This document shows positions 14,235 through 26,400 of a DNA stretch of 64,000 bases, in pieces. Source of the stretch: Mustelus asterias (Eukaryota); assembly GCF_964213995.1 (NCBI RefSeq), contig NC_135809.1:91698001-91762000 (forward strand). The letters are read 5' to 3'. Within the stretch, counting starts at the first letter, position 1. Each line of letters starts with the position of its first letter. The notes under the pieces were generated by a model, which did no database searches, was not told the origin of the DNA, and saw nothing but the letters and a program-made list of their open reading frames with translations. The position numbers were made by a program, and so were the translations under genes.

Positions 14235-16780
14235 CTGGTTCCATGAAGACCAATCCCATGGACCTGATGGCCTGCAAACTCAGGCTTAAAAAAATATATA
14301 CCTGCAGAGACTGTGGATCAATTGTTTCATACTCTTACAAAATTCCCTATAATCTGGAATGATCCAAGAGGATTGAAGAACAGCAAGAAAGACGGGAGAC
14401 AAATTAGGAAACTATAGGTCAGTTCGTCAAACATCTGTTATTAGGAAAAATGCTGCAATTCATTAGGAAGTAGTAGCAAGGAATTTAGAAAATCATAGTA
14501 CAGTCAGCATGGTCTTGTGGAAAGGAATTAATGATTCACAAATATATAGAATTTTTTGAAGATGTTAGAAGTGGGTGGTTATAGGGGAATCAGTAAGTGC
14601 TGTGCATTTGGATTTCCAAAAGGAATTTTGATAAGGTGCCACATAATTATTGCACAAAAGTCTATAGTGTTGGGAGTACTATGTGTACAGAAAGAGGATT
14701 GGCTAACTAATAGAATCCCTACAGTGCAGAGGCAGGCCATTCGGCCCATTGAGTCTGCACTGGCTCTCTGACAGAGTATCTTACCCAGTCCCACCACCCT
14801 GCTGCATCCCCACCACCCCACACATTTACCATGGCTAATCTATCTTGCCAAACTAAGAGGCAATTTACCAAAGCCAATCAACCTAACTGCACATCTTTGG
14901 ACTGTGGCAGGAAACAGCACCCAGAGGAAACCCATGCAGACATGGGGAGAATGTGCAAATTCCACACAGTCACCCAAGACCGGAATTGAACCTGGGTCCT
15001 TGGCACTGTGTGATGCAGCAGTGCTTTAACCAGAGTGCCAATATGGACAGCGAAAGGGGATCAGAGTTGGGTCTGAACTATTTACAATCTATATTATTGA
15101 CGTGGATAAAGGGACAAGAATGTATTGTAGCCAAATTTGGTGGTGATACAAAGTTCAAAAAGCAAGTTGTTATGGACAGAGAGGGTCACCTGGTGTTTTG
15201 AATTTAGTTTTTAAATCCCTCTGTTTTTGTGATCCAATTTATTAATCTGCAGAAAACTAGAGTTAGTTTATTTTCACATTCAAAGTCAGGGCAAGAGTAT
15301 CTGCAACATCCCACTCCAAACATGTGCACACATAAAGGGAGGATAGGAAAGAGGAGTTTACAATATATGAACCACAAATGAATATTAGTTTACATCAATT
15401 CCAGAATCCAGTGAGGCACTCTGTTACGTAGCACTTCGGGCTCTGCTGGCTGAAGACTGGAGTTATAGCACTGCAAGATGAAGTAGGTACAACAGGTTTG
15501 GTTCTGTTGGTACAAAACTTTCTGGAAGACAGTTTTCTAGGTACTAGCTGTTGTCCTGCTGGAGCGTCTGCTTCTTGGTGGTTTCCAGCTGTATGTTAGA
15601 GCAGGCTGACGATTTCCCAAAGGCATATAGGAATGGTAACTGGAGTTATGTGACCATCTCCACAATGACTTCAAAAAGGGATGTTTATCCAGTGTCTGGA
15701 ATTGGCTTTGATTTCAGGACTGATAATATCCCAGTTAAAGTAAAAGTTTAAAGCTTATTTATTAGTCACAAGTAGGCTTACATTCACACTGCAATGAAGT
15801 TACTGTGAAAATCCCCTAGTCGCCACACTCTGGCACCTGTTTGGGTACACTGAAGGAGAATTTAGCATAGCCAATGCACCTATTATGTGTTGAAGAAATA
15901 CCATCGACCCTTAAGGTGAGGTGTTTGGGAAATCATTGTCCAGGCAGATCCACTGACTGCTTATCAGACGCAAATAACATCCCTGTGCTTCCCTTTTGAA
16001 GTGAGTCTGGACAGTTGTAGGTGTGATTTGAGTCTGTTAGCAGCTCTCTCGGCACACCAAGGTTGGGTGTGCAAGCCTCCTGGTATGTGTGATGATAGGG
16101 GTTTGTACAATGAGGTAGGAGACTCCAGAAGCTGAGAAAATAATTTTGTTCTTGAAACTGGTGGTGGTGGTTCACAGACAAAGAGCCAAGCCTATGATTG
16201 GGTAATTTGTAGTAGTCGTCTTTTTAGTTAAGAAAAAATCCATTTTTAAAAATAGCAATAAGGATATGGTTCATCTTATGCCATAGGATCCTAATATTGC
16301 AATGGGATATAGATAGGATGAGTGAGTAGGCAGAAATTTAGCTGATGAATATATGGTGTGGCAAAATAAGGTTTCCACTTTAAGAATAGAAAAGCAAAAG
16401 ATGAGAGATGAGAATACTATAATGCTAATGGATCTGAGTGTCCTCGTACATGAAACACAAAAAAAAAGCATGTAGGTATAAGTAATTAGGAAGGCAAATA
16501 AAATGTTAGCCTTTATTGCAAGCGAAATGGCGTATAAAGAAGGGAAGTGTAGTTAAAACTATAAGGCATTGGTGAGACCACACCTGGAGTACTGCATACA
16601 ATTTTGATCTCCTTATTTACATAGTAGTATATTTGCAAAATATTCAGAAAGGTTCATTAGGTTGATTCCTGAGATGAAGGGGTTATCTTAGGTGTTGAGC
16701 AAATTGGGCCAATACTCAGAGTTTAGAAGAATGAGGGGTAATCTTATTAAAACGTAACATTCTGAGGGAGCTTGTCTTCT
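14235..16780 (+). mobile_element. Degraded CR1 fragments with inserted SINEs
   Basis: Remnant RT motifs (gatttccaaaagg..ttgataaggtgcc; gagaccacacctggagtactg) separated by other insertions. Confidence 0.6.
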
Positions 16781-18989
16781 TAAGCAGTCTGACAAGATGA
16801 ATAAAAACTTGCAGGGCAAGTGGTATTTGCAGGATTGGGTAGATTGGAGGTTTCTGTGCCCTCTCGGACACTTCTACTTTGCCTCCGTCTCTTGATTTGT
16901 TTGCTGCCGTCCTGAATTAACCTTTTCTATTTTGGCCAGTCAAAAGCTAGGGAGCCCCATGAGTCAGCAGGGATGTCTGACCTTCAGGAATGCTTTGATG
17001 ACACCCCTAAAGCATTTCCAAGGAGGCCGTTGCTTCAGAAGTCAGGTGTCAGGCACATGAATGGCAGAGTGGCACGGTGGCAAAGTGGTTAGCATTGTTA
17101 CCTCAGCGCCAGGGACCCAGATTCAATTCCGCCCTTGGGTGACTGACATTTCAAAGTTTGCACGTTCTCTCCGTGTCTGCATGGGTTTCTTCCAGGTGCT
17201 CCAGTTTCTTTCCACAGTTCAAAGATGGGCAGGTTAGTGGATTGGCCACGCTAAATTCTCCCGTAGTGTCCCAAAATATGTAGATTAGTGTGGTAAATAT
17301 GTTGGCGGGGGGGGGGGGGGGGGGGTGGGGGGAGCTAGTTAAGATACTCTGTCAGAGAGTTGGTACAGACTCAATGGGCCAAATGGCCTCCTTCTGCACT
17401 GTAGGGATTCGATATCCTGCCCAGCAGAACTACTTTTGAATGATTAGCACCTCGATGCTGGACATGTTGTCTTGGGAGAGGATGCTGCTGTTGTACTGCC
17501 AGAGTGGTACTGGGGTAATGAGGAATGAAGTTGAGGGCATTCAAGTCGAAGACAGAGTTTTGGTTGAAAAGATCTTCAAAATGTTCTCTCCAGTGGTTCT
17601 CTGTAATTGATGAGCTCCCCTCCATGCTTCGTTCTCACTAGAAAGGGTTCTTGAGTGTTTGTGCCCTAGATTATCTTGACAGTGCTGAAGAACCTTGCAT
17701 GCGATTGGTATTAGAAAGTCTGTCTCTGTTGGGGTTGTCCATTAGGGTCTGGGTGTTTCAGACCGAAATTTAATTTTGATGAGTGGAATATGCTTGGGTT
17801 TTGTTTTAACACGTTGGGTGATCATTTTGCACTGACCACCAATGGCCTTGACATAGCAGGGTCCTGGTCCAATGGCAAGGGGGTTCCAACCAAGACAATG
17901 AAGGTCATGCTCTGCTGTGGAACATTAGCACAATTTGTGCATGATCATGTGCTGTTGCATATCCCCCCACCCCAGTGCAAAGAGGGCCTGCTGCAACCCA
18001 GTTGTGTACACGTCATGTCCCACATCAGCAATAAACTGATCAAAGATACTTCAGCTATTGCAAAAGAGCAGCAAGTCAGTGAATTTATGGTGTAACACAT
18101 ATAGCCCAGAACAGAAATATCTTCTTGATGTCAAGGAGTCCAAAACTTTGAAGCCGAATTTGAAAGACAATTTATATCTAGATTTTTCCAGATCTTTTAC
18201 ATCAGTTACAGATCAAAATTTAAAAATTGTCAAATAGCAGTCTTACTTTTTTCCAATGTAGTCCAGTGCAGTACTACATGTCCAGTAAAGTCCAGCAATT
18301 TGAATCCAGAAATGAAAGCTAAATTAATAAGGCTCTAAATACAATGTACAAAATGCTGTCACTATCAGCTTACATACATTTACTACATTGCTGCCTTATT
18401 CATACGTAAAATGCTTACATGATTAGTTTATAAATACACTGCTGTACAAAGAAACTTGAGTTCATGGCAAATTAGTCATGTGGCTGGAGCTGCACCTCAG
18501 GGATCTGAAAAACAGAAACAATTTGCCCACCCCAGAATATCCCATTAAATCTTTATTTTATCACTTGGCACCTGTCGAATACTGCCCATCGCAGCATTTT
18601 CAATTCAGCAGAAAAGACAGGAGACCGGAAAAACTACAAACAATATTATTGTTCAACTGAAACTCTTTTGAAATAGTTGAAGTACTGAGACTCAGCAGTT
18701 GTGCATGGTTGTGGTCTCTTCGTCTAAGTAGAACAAATCTGAAACCTGAAAATTAAGTACAGGAATGTTCCCTATCCTTGAAATGGTTCTGGACTGTGAA
18801 GAAGGTTCAGTACCTTCAGGCTAGGATGTTCAACACAAGGTCCACATGGAGTGACGGTCAGGTATCTGAAAAAAAAATCAGAACAGACTGCTCCCCATTT
18901 CAAACCTCATTGCAACATTTCAAGAATGCATTTTCATCTTCATCAAGTGTCCAGTTTACTGAAGTAGCAAAGGGCTTGGATATCTGAAA

Positions 18990-19009
18990 GCCTTTTGGCT
19001 AAGATCAAG
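18990..19009 (+). pseudogene. U2 snRNA 5'-region fragment (20 nt)
   Basis: GCCTTTTGGCTAAGATCAAG is identical, as recalled, to U2 snRNA nt ~12-31; the sequence then diverges from U2. Confidence 0.5.
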
Positions 19010-19262
19010 CATCAGATCAAGCCCAAGATGGTGTGTAATGCCTTATCTTGTCAGCTTAGATCTTGTTTGCCTCTCTTGTGGGGAATTGGATTCAATTTGA
19101 ATTTGGTTTTTGGAGCAAGTAAGGAATGTATTTGGGTTTGCGAGGTCCATTCTGAGCATTGGCTTTGTAACTTTAAGAATGGAGTAAGAAAGATTAGAAG
19201 AAAACTAAGAATGTAATTTAATTCATAGCCCCACCCCATATCACAAGCTTACCAATTAATAC

Positions 19263-19636
19263 TATAAGATAATGAAGCGGCTGGATAGGGTAGAGGTGGA
19301 GAGATTCTTTCCACTTAGAAAGGAAGCTAGAACTAGAGGGCACAGCCTCAAAATAAAGGGGGGTCAGTTTAGGACAGAGTTGAGGAGGAACTTCTTCTCT
19401 CAGAGGGTGGTGAATCTCTGGAATTCTCTGCCCACTGAAGTAGTGGAGGCTACCTCGTTGAATATGTTTAAATCACGGATAGATGGATTCCTGATCGGTA
19501 AGGGAATTAGGGGTTATAGGGATCAGGCGGGTGAGTGGAACTGATCCACTTCAGTTCAGCCATGATCTTATTGAATGGCGGGGCAGGCTCGAGGGGCTAG
19601 ATGGCCTACTCCTGCTCCTATTTCTTATGTTCTTAA
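19263..19636 (+). mobile_element. CR1 3' fragment
   Basis: Nearly identical to 23870-24243; tail ttcttatgttctt. Confidence 0.88.
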
Positions 19637-20053
19637 TACCCATTCCTAGTACCCCCATATGAATTGAATCATATATTACTTGAGGACATTAATAAATAGC
19701 AGATGAAATATGAAGAGTTTTTTTGGAAAACACTATTCTGTGTCTTACACAGATCACCACTGTTATAAATTAATAGCTCCAGCAGGTGCCAAAAAAATTA
19801 ACCCGTGTGATTTGTAAAAATTACCCTCGATCATTTCAAAAACACTTATTTCCTCCCAGAGCCTCTGTTCCCCTCCGAACTGATCTTCCAACTGAGCCGC
19901 TTCTGACCAGCCCGGCCCGCGCAAGCGCACAGAACAGCGTGCCTCAGCCCTGTCAGCCAATCAGAGCGTTCAGACAGACTGACCAATCAGGCGACTGAAC
20001 GGTAAACCAATTAGAGCAGCGCACAGCTTCGGCGGCCGAAGGCTTTTGTCACC

Positions 20054-20320
20054 TGGGGGCGGGGCTCAGGGGCCCGAGGCGGGGATCAGGGGCCCCCGGG
20101 GGGTGGGGCGCAGGGGGCCTAGGAGGCGGGGCGCAGGGGGTCTGGGGGGCAGGGCGCAGAGGGCCCCGGGGGCGGAGCTCAGGGGGCCCGAGGGGTGGGG
20201 CCCGGGGGGTGGGGCGCGGGGTGCAGGGGGCGGGGCTCAGGGGGGCCCGGGCGGAGTTCATGGGCCCCGGGGGCGGGCTCAGGGCCCCCCGGAGGCGGGG
20301 CTCAGGGGCTCCGGGGAGTT
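20054..20320 (+). repeat. G-rich degenerate tandem repeat (GGGGCGGGGCTCAGGGGGCCC-like units)
   Basis: Repeated ggcggggctcagggggcccg / ggggcgcagggggcc units; strongly G-skewed. Confidence 0.8.
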
Positions 20321-20437
20321 GGTCTGAATCTCGGTCCCGGGAAATTTACCAAACCCAGCGCTCTCCGGGAAGTCGCAAATAAACCGAATCGAACCTGGGC
20401 CCGGTTACCAGGAAGTGACGGGGAGACGCTGGAAACT

Positions 20438-20451
20438 GTTGCTGAGGTAAC
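20438..20451. promoter_or_regulatory. RFX X-box-like motif just upstream of the TMEM216 ATG
   Basis: GTTGCT-GA-GGTAAC fits the imperfect palindromic X-box consensus GTYNCY-N0-3-RGYAAC. Confidence 0.6.
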
Positions 20452-20456
20452 GCAAA

Positions 20457-20466
20457 ATGGCGCGAG
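20457..20466 (+). CDS. TMEM216: TMEM216 exon 1 coding part (MAR+G)
   Basis: caaaATGGCGCGAG|gtgagt in a CpG-rich promoter; strong Kozak context and donor. Confidence 0.85.
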
Positions 20467-23400
20467 GTGAGTGAAAAGGTGGAGGTGAGGAGAATGAGGC
20501 TATTTGGGTGATGGCGAGAGGAGGGTTTGGTTGTGTTTGTTTCGGTGGCTGTCAGTGTGTGTGTGTGTGTGTGGGGGGGATGGGTGAATGGGGGGGATCT
20601 TTGTGTGTGTTGAAGTTCTATGTATGTGTGTCTCTGTCTGGGTGTATAGTAGGTGTATCAGTGGGTATCCAGTTTTAGAGTATGAAGTGTCCCAGCCCCG
20701 AAGAGCACATTTTATGCACTCACAATTCTGCACAGTCCTACAGCCAGCCAGTACCGAAAAGAGATTAATGAAATCCACCCACCTAATTATAAATTGCACA
20801 CTAAACTGATAACCTTGCAATGGAAACCTAGTCAACCAGTATTGGCTGGAAACATAGCTCTGCCTGGATTTTGTCCACTTGAGCATATTCAATGCTGAAT
20901 TATAACATCTTGCCATGTAAGATCAGCGGATACCGCAAGGATTAAGTCTGGACGTTCCTCGTCTGTCTAATGCTGTACCAGGCCACATGGTGTATTTTCA
21001 AATTGAGCACTTCCAGGAACTTATCTGCAACAATTTTAATGTCTTTTGTTTTCATTTGCAGCAAAACCTCCTCCAGTTGTATCCTTTTGTAATTTAAGAT
21101 TGGTGCAAAATTCACTCTTTTGCAGCTGCAAGCACAAAAAGAATCGTGGATTGGAATAGGACAACAAATGAGAATTGAAGTGTTGCTCTTCACTTCTGAG
21201 ACCTAGCTTCAAAGCCTCCCTTCTGCTGACATTTCCACATGAAATTAACTCTAGGTTTTTTGAACTTGGTTGATATGAGCCAACAGGACAAAGCAAGTTG
21301 TACTGAATTGACTGCCTCTTCGAGAAATTGTATCACTAGAAGATTAGACCAACACTGAAGTTCTTTTGAAATAATATAAGCTGCAGTAATAACATTTGTA
21401 TGTGGTGTTTCCTTAATGTTTTTCATCAGCTCTCCTTGTCTTCAATGGAAGTTTTGCTATTCCTGAATACCTGGTACTATGCTGCTTACTTTGTGGCAGA
21501 GATCCTTCTTTTCATATACAAAAGTAAGTTTTGAATCCTGGTGTGAGCGTATTTTAAATATGTTTTCTCTCTTTAATTAATGCCAACAGAACAATGTTGA
21601 TCACATTATTTTGTAATTAGTGAAAAAGTGTTTCTATATTTTGCTCTTTGATCATTTTATTGAAAAAATGTATTTTATGTCCATACTTTTTGCAGCAATT
21701 TTTAAATAGAGGAAAATGCAATGCTTACAATTTTTCTAAATTATATTCCTAGCAGTAAAATGAAAAATTCAGTCAAAAAATAAACATTTCAATTCAAGAC
21801 TGAAAACTCATAGTTTTTTCTTGTGATTTGTCATAAGAAATAGGAACAGGAAAAGGCCGTTCGGCCCCTTGAGCCTGCTCTGCCATTCAGCACGACTGTG
21901 GCTGATCCAACATTCTTCACTTACCTGCCCTTTCCCATAACCCTTGATTCCCTTACTGATCAAAAATCTATCTCAGCCTTAAATATGCACAATGTCTCTG
22001 CTCCCACAGTTCTCTTATGCAAGGAGTTCCAAAGACTTACAACTCTCTGAGAGAGGAAATTTCTCCTCATCTCCATCTTAAATTGGCGCCTTTTATTCTG
22101 AGACTGTCCCATGAGGGGAAACATCCTCTCAGCATTTACCCTGCCAAGCCCTTTAAGATTTTTATATATTCCAGACATGTCGACTGCCTGTAGAAAAAAA
22201 CTGAACATTAAAACAGTCTCCTTAAACATAAAAATATATATATACTTATAGGAATAGCACACTATCATCACAATCCCCACTGGGTACAGGTCCCCAACCT
22301 GAAAAAGAATCTCTTAGCCCCACCCACTGTTTCCTGCCCATTAGCCAATTCTCTAGCCATGCCTAGACTACCTCCAACACTGTGGACTCTTATCTTATGA
22401 CTTAACCTTTTTGAAGTACCTTGTTGAATGCCTTTTGGAAGTCCAAATACTCTACTGGTTCCCCTTTAAACACTCTTTTGAGGCTCCTCGAGAATCTCTA
22501 ATAAATTAGATATGATTTGCCTTTCATGAAGCCATGCTGACTCTGCTTCATTAGATTATGATTTTCCAAATGTACTTCCTTAATAATTGATTGCAACATT
22601 TTTGCAACAATAGATGTTGCCAGTGATACTTGATGGGGTACGATTCCATCAGTGCCTTCCACGCCTTTTTTTACTGGCCATTCTTTACATATTGGAGTAT
22701 CTTTCTACGTAAAGATGTTATATACTTTGTCATATGAGTCCACAGGTAATTTTCAGAGGTCATCACTGCTCAGATCAATCCTATTCTGTTTAGTTTACAT
22801 TTTCCAGCAGCATAACAATTGGAAATAGCTTATATGGTATATATCAGGGTAAGGCTGCTGAGGCCTCAGCCCCACACAACTGCTTATCTGGCTAATCATG
22901 CTTTCTCAGCACACATGGACCATAAAATCTTAAACTCTCGTAGCTGCACAACTTGATACCACATCATGGATTACAGAAACCCAAAGAACCAAATCTTTGA
23001 AATACTTAAAGTCAAACCTGGAGATTCATGCTGTTTTGTTGATTGTTTCACCAGCTTCTCCTAAAATTAACAACATCGAACTTGATGTCTCAACAAGTTT
23101 AAACAGTGAGTGACTGAGCTATAATATAGATTTCAGGTTTGATATCTACGCTGTTCCAAAATTGTTAATCTTAGCCACGATGGTTAACATTCCTATTTCT
23201 GATTATTATTTAAAAATCCCTATAGAATACGTGTGTCTTGGTTGTGATGCTGCTACAATTGAACTGAACATTGATTCCCAGGAGTAAAAATCTGATGTGA
23301 ATAAATGTCCATAAGGGATAGTACACATGGTACTGGACCTGTCAAAGAACTTTAGGAGAGAAAATTTAGTACAAAGTAGTAGAAAAAGTGCAAGATGAAT

Positions 23401-26400
23401 TGTGTGCCTGGACTAACTGATGTGTCACCAGGCTATAAATTAAAGCTATAATCTGTCAGGATAGCTCCACCAGATTCAGCACCAAGTGACCATCACTATA
23501 CTTCTGTGCATGTGTTATAGGGCTGCTTGTTCATTGTCTAAGTAAAATGTTAGAGTCTTGCAGCAAAGATATATTCCATAGGGTATAAAACTTGCATTAA
23601 CACAGAGCTTTAATATAATAAAATGTTCCAAGCTGCTTCACAATATTATCAAAAATAATTAACACTGAAGTATATAAGTAGATATTAATTTAAATGGAAG
23701 GGAGTGGGCCTTATTTGCGGAAGGATATATTGGCCTTGGAGGGAGTGCAGAGAAGGTTCACCAGGTTGATGCCAGAGATGGGGGGTGTTGATTATGAGGA
23801 GAGACTGAGCAGATTGGGTTTGTATTCGTTGGAATTTAGAGGGCTGAGGGGGGATCTTATAGAGACCTATAAGATAATGAAGGGGCTGGATAGGGTAGAG
23901 GTGGAGAGATTCTTTCCACTTAGAAAGGAAACTAGAACTAGAGGGCACAGCCTCAAAATAAAGGGGGGTCAGTTTAGGACAGAGTTGAGGAGGAAATTCT
24001 TCTCTCAGAGGGTGGTGAATCTCTGGAATTCTCTGCCCACTGAAGTGGTGGAGGCTACCTCGTTGAATATGTTTAAATCACGGATAGATGGATTCCTGAT
24101 CGGTAAGGGAATTAGGGGTTATGGGAATCAGGCGGGTAAGTGGAACTGATCCACTTCAGATCAGCCATGATCTTACTGAATGGCCGGGCAGGCTCGAGGG
24201 GCTAGATGGCCTACTCCTGCTCCTATTTCTTATGTTCTTATGTTTTCAAGGAGGGGAGAAAGGTGGAGATATTAGATATTAGGGCCCGGACATCTAAAGG
24301 AACACCTGCCAGTGATGGTCAAGTAAAGATGGGGATGCACAAGCATTAGACGAACATTGAGTCCTCTCAGTTGTGGGACCAGAGGAGGTTATAATGATTT
24401 GGGAGGGCCTAAGAGCATGGAGGGATTTGAAATCCAGGATGAGAATTTTAAAATTGAGACACTGTTGAACTGGGACCGATGTAGATCAGTGAGCACATGG
24501 GTGATAGGTGAACAAAACTTGGTATGAGTTAGGCTGTGGGGAGTAAACTTTTCGATGAGTTCATGATTGCAATGGGTGGAAGATGGGAGGCTTGCAAGAA
24601 GAGCATTGGAACAGGCAGGAGGTATCAAAAACATGGATAGGCTGAGGTAAGTGCAGAGATAGGCAATGCCATAGAGGCGGAAGTGAGCAGTCGTTATGAT
24701 AAAATAGGGGTTTGGAATAATCCAAATAGCATTCCCACGTTCCAGCCAATCTGGTTCAGTCTAGGAGAGATGGCTGGAGTCAGTATCTAGGAAATGGAGA
24801 TTTTGACAGATCAGCAGCAAGGGTCTCAATTTTCCTGATATTTAATTGGAGAAAATTTCTGCTCATCCAATATTTGGTGTCAGATAAGCTGTGTGATGAA
24901 TCATGTGCCGTGGAGGAGTCAATAGAAGCAGTAGTGAGGTAAAGGTGGGTGACAAAACTGTTGATATACTGGTTAGTTTTGGTTTTAACCTCGTGACAAC
25001 AGATGTTGTGGCAAAATGCAGCTCTTTGTTCAAGTAATTTCAAGAAAGACTGACTAGTTGGGATTAGATAGTTACTCCCTTCTGAGGATTGTTTGTTGTT
25101 TATTTGTAAGTCCTGAAAAGAAAGCCATTCAAAGGAACAAACAGAAGTGATTTGTTTGTTTCTTTAAACCTTTCATTCAAACCATAGGATTCCTACAGTG
25201 GAGCAGGAGGCCATTTAGCCCATCGAGTCTGCACCAACTCTCCAAAAAAGCATCTTACTCAGGCTCACCTCCCTGCCCTATCCCTGTAATCCTGTGCATT
25301 TATCATGGCCAATCCACCTAACTTGCACATTTTTGGACTGTGGGAGGAAACCGAAGCACCCGAAGGAAACCCACGCAGACACGGGGAGAACATGCAAACT
25401 CCACACAGACAGTGACCTAAGGCTGCAATCGAACTTAGGTTCCTGGCACTGTGAGGCAGCAGTGCTAACCACTGTGCTGCCCCAACTGGCTTAAAACTGC
25501 TTTATGTCTACTGACCTCAAAACTGGCTTACAACTTAGTTGATGAATAAACCTATTTATTTGCTTATAAAACTGCCCGATCTTCTTTTGAAATTACTTTT
25601 GCACTTATTAGAAATCCGAGCATGAATCCAAAGATGATTAACTGGTCTACTGCTTGCCCTGGAAATGTTTTCCCAGATTGCTACTTCTCTTGGCCAACTG
25701 ACTACTCGTAGGGTTGGGCAATAAAACGCTGGCCAGCCAGCGACACCCATGTCCCACGAATGACTAAAATGAATAAATACAATACTGTTAATGGCTGGTG
25801 CTTGCTTGATTTCACTGTCCATCACTAATATGCTTCCCTTGTGGCAGGATCCACTCTTGTCCTATACCAAATCTGTACTTCTGTGTATAAGTTTGCTTTA
25901 GCCCTACCTGTAATGTTTTTCTGCTTTGTTATATTGTAGGTCTGCTCTTGCCATATACCCCTGCAAATCTGATCTTGGATCTAGTAATGCTCTTCCTTTA
26001 CCTTGGAGTTGAAGTAATCAGAATATTTTTTGGTAAGTGATTGTCACGGTGGCCAGTATGTTTATCCTCACCAAGTTACTCCTTAATCTGTTCTTCTATT
26101 CCTCTGGCATTTTCTCTTCCTTGGGACCGTATCACCTTTTTCTCACCCCTCATCTCTCATTCAAGATATTCAATTTCTACTGCTTATCCAAGTACCATCT
26201 ACTCCACCTCTGTATTACCTCTTGGTGAGTCCATCTCGATTCTTTAAACTCTCTCTCGAATTCACTGACCTTCTATCCTTCCTTAATCACTCCCTCCAAT
26301 AGGAGGGAGTTTGTAACAACCCCCTTGACCTTGCCATCACATATGGCTTTGCAACTCTTGTGCCAATCGAAGTAAAGGCCATCTCTGATCACTTCTTTAA

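Larger units (their letters stand above)
19950..20456 (+). promoter_or_regulatory. TMEM216 CpG-rich promoter: three CCAAT boxes, GC boxes, ETS sites, X-box
   Basis: CCAAT at 19957, 19983 and 20007; many GGGGCGGGG; CAGGAAGTG at ~20409; GTTGCTGAGGTAAC at 20438-20451. Confidence 0.75.

Noticed and set aside
20046-20470. Gly/Pro/Arg-rich ORFs on both strands
   Set aside because: They arise from the G-rich promoter repeat; low complexity and no recognisable protein.
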